DNA of 39,104 nt from Octopus bimaculoides. Taxonomy: Eukaryota. How positions within the stretch are numbered: the stretch's first letter is position 1; the number at the start of each line of letters is the position of its first letter. The notes under the pieces are model-generated. The model worked only from the letters and a program-made list of their open reading frames with translations. It did not search any database and was not told where the DNA came from. The stretch is from assembly GCF_001194135.2 (NCBI RefSeq), contig NC_068998.1, positions 29,697,375 to 29,736,478 on the forward strand, given 5' to 3'. This document shows positions 21,468-32,867 of this stretch, in pieces. A program made the translations under genes and the position numbers.

Positions 21468-23620
21468 GAACACCATCTTGGATGCATACCTGGATAGGAC
21501 GGGGCTAGCTGAGTGGAGAGAGGGAGTAAAAGCCTCACAAACCAGCTCAGTCTCTTCCGGTTGGCTGACAGAAACCGACTGGATTTCCCGAATGCGCCAA
21601 TATGGACATGGGCGAACCGCATCGCGTCTTCCAGATCGTTTCTCGATAGAGTATTTTGTAGACCTGTTGATAGAAGAGGTAGTAGAAGTTGTCCACGTTT
21701 CAAAGTCGTCGACTACACGGACAATAAACTTGTTATCTATACTGTCAACATAGATAGAATCCATAGACAGGACCCTGGATATTGGAAACTGCACACGTCC
21801 TTCACGGCGCGCCAAGCAATCAGAGACCGGGTTAGCAAGTTAGTCCGTCGAGAGTTGGTGGGCGCAATCAGCCGTTGATGGATAGCCCTGAAAAAGTCTA
21901 TTAGAGTAGAAGCGGTAGGTTTTAGACAGGAAATAGCGTTAGAGGAATCTAGGATAGAGGAGACCTAGCTAGAAAGCTAAAAGAGGCGCTTGGGAAAGGC
22001 ATAGCGACCGACGTGCTAGCGGCAAGATTGGCTCTTGATCAATTCTTCAATACCAAGCACGAAGATTGCGTTGTGAGAGCTAGGGCAAAGATCAACCAGG
22101 AAAAGTCGGTAGGCCTGCAGCTCGGCACCTGGAGAGGCAGGTTCATGCCAAACGACAGCATTTTAGGGCGCTGGACGGAAGGACAGGCTAAATTTCTCGG
22201 GTCTGGTTTGGTCCAGACCTCCAGGTAGACAAGAACTGGGGGAAGGTGACGAGCAGGGTAGCCAATCTCACCCAGAAACGGGCAAAGAGGAAGCTGTCCT
22301 TGAAGGGTCGGGTGGAGGTGGCGAATGCGTACATCGCTTCCGTCATCTACTACCGCCTGACCGTCGTCCCTTGCTCTATTTCGAGTCTGATAAAGTTTGA
22401 GTGCTTACTCTTCCATTTTTTATGGAAGGGACGTGTCCCACTCGTCAGACGGTCCATCTGCTGTTAACAGTCGCTGAGTGGCGGACTGGACAAGTCATGG
22501 CTAATGATGCGCTGACATGCGCTGAAGCTGCGACATCTCCAGCATTTCCTTAACGGTGAGCAAGTGTGGTCGCCGTTCGTCAAACGGAACTTTCCGCAGC
22601 TCGTCTCATTGATGGAGCTACTGTTCTGGGTCAAGCGTAGACCAAGAAAGGGCGCCTGGAGCCTGGAGTGTCGGCAAGTGCTCACAGCCTTTTGCCAGTC
22701 GGGCAACGAGGTCGGTCAAAGTTCCACCATGGAGTTCTACAGAGGATTAGTAGAGGGAAAGAGCGGTGATGTACTCGGGGAAACTCTGGGCGTCGAGAGG
22801 GATGAACTAACTGGTCTTTTCCGGAGGATTTTTTGGTCAGGACTTATGGATAACTTCCAGAAATTCCTGGCCTGGCAGCGCTACCGGGGAGCTCTGCCGG
22901 TCCGAGACAAGCTCTACAGACACAGAAATGATGTCAGATGGACCTGTCTGAGATGTACGTAGGGCGATGGAACCGTCCTGCATGTACTCGTACAGTGACT
23001 GTGCATTACTATGGAGTTTCGTCGAACAGCTGTTGTCACGTGTAGGACAGATCCGGTTATCAGCCGAGTCCATTGTGAGAATCACCCCGCCGCCTACTTT
23101 TGGCCGGGAGGGAAAGGCAGCTTTCCTCTGCCTGGTGGCTATAGCGAAAGAAGTAGTGTGGTGGACGAGGCTAAAAGGACTGAAGACTGACACTTTCCTC
23201 TTCGGCCGAGCCCTCATCGACTTTTTCAAGTGGAACTTGAAAAGAAAAGTGAGGGTAAAGAGGGAAGTACTGCCTCCCACCCTCACCCAGTAATTTTATT
23301 GAAAGATGGGTGAATGTTGCCAAAATGGTTCGTGTGAATGGGCCTATCCTGAAAATTCGTCTGTAAGCCGGAGCAGTTAAGGGGAAGAGGGGTGCCTACC
23401 TGGAGTGCCCTTGGCAGTTGGGGTAATCAGGATGTGTGGGATGCCCTGGGTGGAACTCCCTCTATTGGGGAATTTTGTTGTTTAATTTTTTGTTAACTGT
23501 TTTTGTTTTTATTGTTTACACGTTTTCTGTTTTAAAGCCCACTTGTCCCTTATTTTGTATCGTCCCTATATGTTTTTTGTGTTCGGCCCTTATAGCCAAT
23601 AAAGAAAGGATTATTATTTC
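21468..23620 (+). mobile_element. Tx1/L1-like non-LTR retrotransposon, 5' truncated with RT core deleted
   Basis: APE C-terminus (WTWANR..SFLDRVF, YTDNKL, PGYWKLHTS), linker (VVRARA), then a direct jump to late RT (AKINQEKS, LSLKGRVEVAN) and the C-terminal LAW..YRGALPVRDKL..CxRC..H zinc knuckle. T-rich 3' UTR ending AATAAAGAAAGGATTATTATT. Confidence 0.9.
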
Positions 23621-23772
23621 ATTCAACTAGATTCTACATATTGATTCTATGGATAATCATCGACCAGTAAATAAAATATATTTTTATGTAGTAAATATAT
23701 AGATCTTGAATTTATTCTTTCATCTCTTTATGAACTATTGTTATAACATACACGTTACTACATCAACACCTA

Positions 23773-24061
23773 GTACTGACTATATATTTCCACTACATTA
23801 ATTGGTGACCAACCCTGAATTCTACTCTGGAGGATAATCACTAGCTAATTGGTTGCCATCTGACATATTTAGTTATATTCTACTACTCTCCATGTTAAAA
23901 TTTTCTTCAACTCAGGCGACGATGATATCTGCTATGAATCATCCTGTATTACCAATTTTCACAGAAGACAACCATTGAACTTTTTGCAGAAATATATGCA
24001 ACCAACTTTAGAACCTTTTGCAAAAAAAAAACTTCGTACTGACTACATATTTCCACTACAT
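23773..24061 (+). other. 237-bp insert flanked by 26-bp direct repeats
   Basis: GTACTGACTATATATTTCCACTACAT (23773-23798) / GTACTGACTACATATTTCCACTACAT (24036-24061). The insert ends with an A10 run. Confidence 0.6.
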
Positions 24062-24771
24062 ACTCATCATGGCTACCCGTCTAATAAGGGTACACTAGTC
24101 CATGCATCACAACGATATGTGCGCGATATGGTGACCTTATATCAAGATAAACAACACATGACCTTACAGCTGAGACCCATTTAGAATTTTCTTCAGGACT
24201 CTGAATGAGGGTTGTTTAAGGATAATGAACAAAACGCCCCTGTTTCCAGAGGCGATTTATTCAGATCCCAAAGAATTCCTCTCAATACATGGCTATGATG
24301 CTCCCCCACTACTTCTGCTTGTGATCAGAAATGCACATATTGCCAGCCACTATGGGACATGCTCAACTGATTAAGGTCAAGCAACTGACAAGCAAGTCTG
24401 TGGTACTGAGCAGAATATTTGCTGTAGCCCATCTTTTATACCAAGACAAAACAATGTACATGATAACACTTCCAATCAGTTAAGATCAGAAGCCATGAGA
24501 GCCAGTACCTGGTACTGCATCAGAGCATTCATCATCATCATCATCATCATCTTTCTATTCTGTTTCCATTTCTTGCCGAATATCTTCCTGACACCTAGGG
24601 CATTGAAACTCATTGTATACATTGGTAGGCCATTAAAATAAATACACCAGATTGTTCATTTACAAAGTTATGTGACAGAGAAAAAAAAGAAAGACAGAGA
24701 AAAAGGAAAATATGAAAAAATGAAAAAGTTAACAAAGAAAATAAAGGGGGAAAGAGAAAGAAAGTTCACAG

Positions 24772-27700
24772 CGACAATCTTTTGCATTTCCTGCATGGAT
24801 GGTAAGCCAGAGATCATTCTCAAATAATTTTCAGTTCCTTTTGTGATCATTCCAAGTGCTCTTACAATTACTGGTATTGTAACCGTCTTGAGATACCACA
24901 TCTTTTCGATTTCGATTACCAAATCTTTATATTTTTTGAGCTTATCAAATTCTTTTGCCGAGATATTATGGTCACAGGGTACGCTCATGTCAATCAATAA
25001 ACAGACGTTATTGTTTTGGTCTTTCACAACAATGTCTGATTTATTAGCTTCGTACGTACTGGAAAGTCCAAAAGAATCGTTACATTTTCCCCCTCAGTTA
25101 CAGCCTCAGAGTGGCGCTTGCAGCATTTGTCAGCAGTTTTGATTTTATAATGCCGACATATTATCCAGTGTAGGTATTGGCCAACTCTGCCATGTCTTGA
25201 TTCATATTCTACAGGTGCTAAAACCTTACAGCCAGAGATTAGGTGGTCCACTATTTCAATCCCCGTCATTGCAGTATCGGCAGTTTGGGTCTACTCCATT
25301 TTTCATTACACTGGCTTAATAGTTCCAGGTAAATAAGCTTTGACCTTGAGCAATCAAGATAAAGCCTTCCTTCTCTACCTTTGACTCTGACCTCCGTAGC
25401 CACTGATGAGTGTACTTCTGATCTACATCAACCTGTTTGATATGGGCCACATATTTGCCATGCAAAGGTCTTTGTTCCCACATGTCAGCCAATTGTTCAA
25501 ACACATTTTGCTTTGCTATTAATTTCACCTTTCTTGCAACTACAGTTGCCGCACTTCTGTGATGTTGTTCAACCTGGGTATTATGCATAAACTCACTTGA
25601 ACATTTTTTGCTCTCCTTCATAATAGAATGAAGTTTCTTACATCTTTCGTGATTTTCAGCCAGCTTTAGCATCTAGTCATTAGATATCTCATCATATTTT
25701 GCCAGTCCAATTGTGGTGGTTTTGTAAGAGACTTCAAACTGGATCAAGCCTCGGCCTGCTTGAGCTCTGGGTAGGTAAAGACGATCTGCGTCTGCCTTTG
25801 AGTGGTGCATCTTATTGAAAGTCAGCAGCTTACAGATTTTCCTGTCAGTCTTCCTTATTTCGCTCATTTTCCAGTTCAACACAGTGATAATGTAAATAAC
25901 AACCGGAAGAAATTTCTAGCTAACACCACGTTGCGTGCATTTAACTCGGATTTTAGGACTGTTCGAACTCTCCTGTAATATTCCTTCTCTTTCATGCTTA
26001 CATGCTGAATGCCAGAGCTCTCATTTATTCTGAGGTATTTGTAAGTTTGTTCCTGCTCGAATTCTTTTATAACTGTGTCAACACCTAACTGTGTCTTCAA
26101 TTTCCCTTTCTGGAAAATGGCCTTAAAACATTTATCAAAACCAAATTCCATCCCGATGTCATCACTGAATGCTTTCACAGTACGTAATAGTCCTTCAGGC
26201 TCATTATCATCTTTGCCATAGAGTTTTAAGTCATCCATATAAAATAGATGACTTATTTTCTTGTCGCCAATTATATATCCATACCCTGTTCTGTTACGTT
26301 TTGTAAGGGGTATCAGGGCTATGCAAAAAAATTAGAGGTGAAAGTGAGTCACCTTGGAAAATGCTGCAGTTGATATTAATATTTTTTGTGGTCAGTACTC
26401 TGTTAAAGTGGTATAATTGGAGATTTGTATTCCACATTGACATGTGCTTCAGGGAGTTTGAAATCACAGGAAAAATTTTGAAGATATCCAGCGATAGGCC
26501 TTTCAATAATCAATCCATACGGAACTTAGATTTCTGCGTTTGTTATGACAGTTCTCAAGGATCAATCGATTGATTAAGAGTTAGTGTTTGCATCCATATG
26601 TGCCTCGTCGGCACCCTTTTGTTCGTTCTGTTCCATAAATCTGCATGTTTTCTCTATCTATCCTGTATGTTTACGAGGATAGCTGTTCAAATTTTATACG
26701 TAGTAGATAGACATGTTTTGGGAAAATTTGGTTTCATTATTCTTCGGGAGTAGGTAAGTAACCAGGTATTTATTTAGGATCTCTCATAATTTCATTGAAT
26801 AACTGAACTAACTTTTCGTGTGCGCACGGGAGCGATGCGAGCCAGAAATTTGGCACCTTATCATTACCAGGGGATTTCCACTTATGAGCCTTTGTGAGTG
26901 TCATCCTTAGCTCTGCTATTGTGATGTCTTCCCGTGCTTGTTCTGGTAAGTTTTGGTAGAATCCTTTAGTGCATCTAATCCTGTCTGCATTTTCATTGTA
27001 AGTCTTTTCATCACTCCAGATATTTTTCCAAAAGTTTTTAACTTCTTCCATGGGTCTTCAACGATTATTTTCTCATTCCCTATTTCTCTGTAGAATATTT
27101 TTGCATTGGATGTGAACAGCTTATTTTGCTTGTCAAACGTGTTTCTCTTCTTAAATGTTCGTATTCTTTGAGCTTTTGTTTAGAATTTTTGTTGCAGTGT
27201 TTCTTTTGCTGAAAGCAGTTCTCTTGGAGAAATCTGTTTTCTCTTCATCTTTCTTCCTTTTCTGGATTTTACATTGTCTCTACAGATTAGTTCATTCAAT
27301 ATTGATACTTCACCTCTCATTACTTCACCTCTCATTGACTTTCTTTTTCAATTTTACTTTTCCAGTTTGGAATTCTTTTCACGTTTGTATTTCTTTGATT
27401 TTTAAGAGGTATACAACTGGTTCCAATTGTTTTACTAGCTGCGTAAATAATTTCGTTTAATTCAATTTTGTTACATAGTTCCCCAATTTAATTTGTTTTC
27501 TATTTTGGATTGTGTTTGAGAGTTTATGAAGTGTTTCTCTATCATGCATATTGGCGTGTCTTACAACTGCAAGCTTATTCAGGATTTTCTGATTCATTTC
27601 TATCATAGACTCTATGTTTTTCAGTAAATGTGTAGTCTTCAAATATTGTTTCTTTACCACTTTTCTCGCTATCTTTATCAGGTTCATTACAATTTATTTC

Positions 27701-27868
27701 TTCAGACGTTTGCGTGTTCTGGTCAGATGGCAGTCTTTCAATTGAGACTCGTGGAGAGTTGCTCTCTTAATTTCCTTTATGTCTTATACTTATGTCATTT
27801 TCCGCTGTGTGCTTGATTGCGGTTATTTCACTACCTGTGAGTCTTTTACTTCTGAAGATATCCCTCCC
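24772..27868 (-). mobile_element. Long degenerate R4/Dong-type LINE (RT plus CCHC and RLE endonuclease)
   Basis: In order on the minus strand: RDIFRSKRLT, FWKNIWS, WKSPGNDKVPNFW, IFQGDSLSPL, YMDDLKLY, HSKADADRLYLPR..GRGL, PLHGKY, VDHLISGCKVLA..Y..RH, LLIDMSVPCD..KYKDL. The 5' end abuts the (TAA)n array. Many stops and frameshifts. Confidence 0.92.
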
Positions 27869-28083
<215 letters not shown>

Positions 28084-28950
28084 TTTATCATTGCCTTTGC
28101 ACAGCTTCTAACGCTGGAGATATACTACGGTGTCAGCTATTCACTACCAGTGAACTAAGGTAGCACCTCTTATTTTTCGAGCACCTCCCGGAGTATTCGA
28201 GCGGTTCCAAGCATGCTGCTTTCTGCAAGTGCTCCACCTTTATTGCAGCCCCTATTTGTTCCACGTACTTCTCGAGATTTTTGCTCACTGTTCCCAGGGC
28301 TCTGACAATTATTGGTACTACTGCTACCTTTTTCATCGACCGCAACTGCTTAACTTCCCAAGCTAACTTGTCATATCTCTCGACTTCTCTTTCTTCCTTA
28401 TCGCATACCTTGTCAGCTGGACATGCTATATCTATGATCCAGCATAGTTTGCTTTCTTTCTCAATTAAGACTATGCCTGGCTTCCTATTCTCTATCTCAT
28501 GGTTGCACTGAATCATGAAATCCCATAGGATCTTTGCATTTCTATTTTCGACGATGCCTTCAGGTTTGTGGTCGTACCAATTTTTTGCTCTGTCAAGTCC
28601 ATACTTGTTGCAAAGTGTCCAATGGACAAGCCTAGCTATATTGTCGTGGCGTCTCTTATATTCCTCCTGGGCTAGTGGTGTACATTGGCTGGTAATATGC
28701 CATGCAGTTTCACTGTTTTGTCCACAGATTCTGCACTTATCACTTTCTGATGTGTTGTCTATTCTGCATTTTATGTAGTTTGTTCTTAGTGCTTGCTCTT
28801 GGGCAGCACAGATTAGAGCCTCCGTTTCCGGTTTTAAATCACTTTTAGTCATCCACAGAAATCTTTTTTCTCTGTCTGTCTTATCTTCAACATCCCTATG
28901 AAATTGACCATGCATTCTTTTCTTTACCCACCTATTTTCAGTTTCATCCC
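28084..28950 (-). mobile_element. R4/Dong-type LINE 3' fragment, well preserved
   Basis: Open frame with MHGQF, LKPETEALICAAQEQALRTNY, zinc knuckle CRICGQNSETAWHITSQC, RHD, RKPG (PD position mutated), IIDIACP, and a 1-nt frameshift before LGTARILREVLEK*. Both ends abut (TAA)n on the element strand. Confidence 0.93.
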
Positions 28951-28967
28951 TTATTATTAATATTATT

Positions 28968-29036
<69 letters not shown>
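28951..29036. repeat. (ATT)n microsatellite
   Basis: Directly visible. Confidence 0.97.
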
Positions 29037-29039
<3 letters not shown>

Positions 29040-29645
29040 TAGTCTTATTTTTATCAGGTGCATTCAGTGCACTACCGAGCGCACTCTGTGAAGTGGTTTG
29101 TATTGAAAGTGCTTTATGTAGGATTTGTGCGGTGCCTAGTAGTGCTGTATCCTGTATGCTATATATATTCGCAAGTCTTGGGGTTTTAGTTATGTATTTG
29201 TGCGTATACTTTTTAATCATACCTAATGCATCTATTATTGTAAGGATTATTTCTGTTTCTAGGTTTCACATTCGGGTTATTTTTATTTCCAGATCTTTGT
29301 ATTTCGAGAGTTTCTCCGTTTTTTTAGAGATACATTGTCACATTTCAGGACTGATATGCCGATTAGAAGCCATTTTTCGTCTTGGTGGTCGCTAACAATG
29401 AATCTGGTCTATTAGCCTTGATGTGTCTATATGTGTGAACTGGTATATCCCAGTATATGTTTGCTTTGTCATTTCCTGAAACCATTTCTAGGCATTTCAG
29501 AATCCACGAGTGAGGAACCATATCACATGCCATTGATAGGCTTGTTAACTTTCTTCGGCAGTTCCTGCAGCCTTTCTGTTCATCTGCTAGCAGTTCATTT
29601 CTTTCATGATGGTCGTACAAATTTTCTTATTATCCCAATTAGAAG
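29037..29645 (-). mobile_element. Multiply deleted R4/Dong-type element
   Basis: LADEQKGCR and DMVPHSWILKCL (RT) are fused to NDKANIYWDIPVH..IKANRPD (RLE) and the C-terminal QDTALLGTAQILHKALS. The 3' end runs into (TAA)n. Confidence 0.8.
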
Positions 29646-30259
29646 CTTTCACATAGTACGCAAACAAGCCTTGCAAGATTTTCACAAAGTAAAAAGAACT
29701 CGGGATTTTTGCGTGGAATCAAGTACCTTATTTTCTAATGTGCTGTAAACCCTTTATTTTTGTTCGGAAAAAGTGGGGTAGGACCTGCCCCATACCGGAA
29801 TCATTGGATTTTTTTTTTTTTCGTTGAATGAATTAACAGTGACCTAATATGTCCCAAAATCATTTTTTGGTCTGGAAAACGGGATGGGGTGGGGTGGAAT
29901 TCTTGGGAATTTCACAACCACCCCACTCCACCTCCATTAGGAAGTACATCCGCGTTATTTTCACTGAGAAAAAAATTCACCCCACCACCAATCCTTTTCA
30001 AATATTTTTTGCATATTTTTAGATAACATTTTGCAGAAATACGTTTTCAAAAGAGTGTGGATCACATTAGATTGAAAATTCAAACAAGTTCGAAAAGAAT
30101 AAGCGAAAATGCTGAGGTCATAGAAGCTAGTGGTAACGAAGTCAGAGTAGAGATAAAGAATGATACAAAATTCATCTAAAAAAAACACGTTAGTGTTTGT
30201 GTGAAACAAGTAAAAGTATAATATTAAAACAAAATACCTTTTTCATAGCTCTTAAAATC

Positions 30260-30660
30260 ACTGGATGTATTAATCCCAGATTGCAGAATAGATTTAAAAA
30301 AGAAATCCACTTTCCCTTTGCAATTTTTGGCAGTGGAGACTATGTTAACCCATAACTGCCTTCTTTTCTCTGGAGGTATATTCGATCTGTGTCAGCTTTT
30401 GGGTAATGCATACGATGCGTTGTCGTCAGCTTTCGTATTTTGACATCAACTTTGTTGATCTCAGAAAGGGACAAGTTTATAAAATAGAAGTTGTATGTGA
30501 TTACAGGCATGACCAATATGTTTTGTTACTGGCATTTCAGCTCGTTTTAAGTCATTCATCTGGTTTTGTTTTAATTCGTACGAGTTGCACCCAAATCGTA
30601 ACCAGAGACGTCAATGTTTTGCATCTGAAGATGTTAACATGTGAAATGCCATGCAACTGA
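30260..30660 (-). mobile_element. R4/Dong-type fragment (post-RT region)
   Basis: ILVMPVITYNF..INKVDVKIRKLTTTHRMHYPKADTDRIYLQRKEG. Confidence 0.75.
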
Positions 30661-31935
30661 GAACACTATGTCTGTGGGAGAAAAAAATACAGAGTAAGGC
30701 TGCATTTGCATGAAGAGGAATTCACGTAGGATATGTGCGGTACTCATAAGTATGATCTTCTATAATTCGCTTATTTTGGGGCTACCAAAGATTTGGTCTA
30801 CATACTTGTTTGCTCCTCTTGATACTACTCCAAGTGCCCTGATAATGCTGTCATTTTGAGATGCCACATTCTTCCCATTTCAATCTCCAGGACCTCTTCG
30901 TTTATTTGTCAGTCTGATGTACTGGTGTTTCTCCCCATAAACACATTTAATAGTTTATTGCTGGTATTTAAGCCAAAACTTCGGACTGTCCGCATTTTAA
31001 ACTGTGATTTTAAAAAATTCGAAAAGTTACATTTTTTTTTAATTATGAAAAATTTAAAAAATTTTTTTCGTATCGTGTGAATTCCCGTGTGTAGAATACA
31101 AATTCGCAAACATTCTCTGAAAATTCCAAAAGATAAAGAAGTTATGAGAGGTTATATCGCGTTCTTAAAGCAGGATTCCGCCAATTCTCCTGAAGAAAGC
31201 TATGCAGTTCATCTACTATAAAACTTATTAGTAATTTCCATAATAATGGTAAACATATAATTATAATTACTGATTTTCCTTCCTTTTCCTTTGTTCTTTT
31301 GTTTTTCTGTATTAGTACTGTCCTTCTTTTTGTCATCTATGGGGATGTTCCGTCAGTAAGAAACGCATGTATATAGTTGTGCATGATTGTGAGTTTTTTA
31401 AAACCAGAATTCTTGAACACCATCGGGTCCAGAGTCTTACGAATTTTAGCGCATTTTAGCAGATATTTTTTTTTTTTTCAGTTTTTATTCTCTAATATAT
31501 ATGTTCTGTTGTTTTGACCTATTTTCCATTTTCACTCTTAATTTTTCGCAGTTAGCCCGCTTCTTTGTTACGTTGAACCTCTTTACTCTAAGTATCAGAC
31601 CCAAACTTCCAGACTGTTTCAGTGTTTGGTATATCATTCTCCTACCGTTCATTCTCATTGTTTAGCTGCTGGCAAAACATTTCATTGTTTCTTAGCAGCC
31701 TGTTCTGCTGGTTCTGGTTTATTTTTTGTTGGTATCTTTTTTTTTTTTTACCTGATATTACCTTAATTGTTTCTCTTGTCTCTTCTTTAGGTACTTTTAA
31801 TCCTCTGTGTCTTATGTGCTCTCTTTGGAGTTCGTTTCTTCGTCTTTCCTTCATCTTCTTTTCAATTATGCATCTATCTTTCCAAGATCTTTGTTGAGCG
31901 GTTCGACTTGATTCTCAAGTTTCCATTTCTACCTT
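30661..31935 (-). mobile_element. Deleted R4/Dong-type element
   Basis: KLENQVE..KDLGKI, RYQQKINQNQQNRL, GPDGVQEFWFKKL, ICLPLLWKLL, then a jump to EIEMGRMWHLK, RALGVVS and KIILMSTAHILRE. Confidence 0.8.
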
Positions 31936-32479
31936 GAAGAGTGAAGGAACAGAAGGGTGAGAAAAGAAAAATTAAAAAATCTTAATACAGAGAGTGAAGA
32001 AGAAAAAAGTAAATAGATTTAAGCAATTAATTGTCACTTAGCTATGTTATATATTGTTTTCGTCTTCGTGTAACAAAGCAGAGAATAAAAGTTTAAATAG
32101 CATAGAGGAGACCAAACTAGTTGTGGGACGAGAAATAAAAGAGTAAAAGAAGAGAAAAAAATATTATGAAGGCGGAGATCAAGGGAAATTATTCATCATC
32201 ATCCTCATCATCACCGTATTGGCAAGACGCCCTCCGGATCAGTCGTGAGTTTGATTTTATATATTTTGAACTGAAAATTAAATTTTTGTTATGCATATTG
32301 CCTTGTTAACTTAACCAGGACTCAAAGTTGTTAGTTAGTGTCTTTACTTCACCTACCATTTTCATCTCTAAAATATTAATTTTTACAAATATGGTGTCGA
32401 CTTCCACTATTCTGCAAACTGAAAGGAAATGCAAGAGGCAACTCTCAAAAAACAGGCGCAGCACGTGAAAGAGAAGGAC

Positions 32480-32867
32480 ATTCCACTGTTGAAAATTGAA
32501 AGTACCAAAAAAGACGACTTTGATTTCTTAATCGACGTGAAATGGTATTGTTTCAGAAAGGCCTGAATCTTGAGATTGACAAGGACATCAGGCTTACTAA
32601 CGTTAGTAAGGAAATAGTGATACAGAAGTCTAGAATACAGGGTGAGCTAGTTAAGAACGAAGTAAATGAGCTTAGGAAAGGCATCGCGACCGACGTGCTC
32701 ACGGCAAATTTTCTCTAAGATATAAGGGAACGAAAGCCGTTCGACGGACGCGAGTGATAGAGACGCAAATCATAATTGGATCTTCGATGGATCGGGATAG
32801 GCGCGTGTTGTTCGATTCCAAGCAGATGTGTGCGTCTTTTCACTGTTACTTTCTCGACTGTTCAGGT
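32480..32867 (+). mobile_element. Tx1/L1-like fragment (EN-RT linker)
   Basis: GAAAGGCATCGCGACCGACGTGCTCACGGCAA closely matches 21995-22026 (KGIATDVL), followed by MDRDRRVLFDSKQMCASF. Confidence 0.65.
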
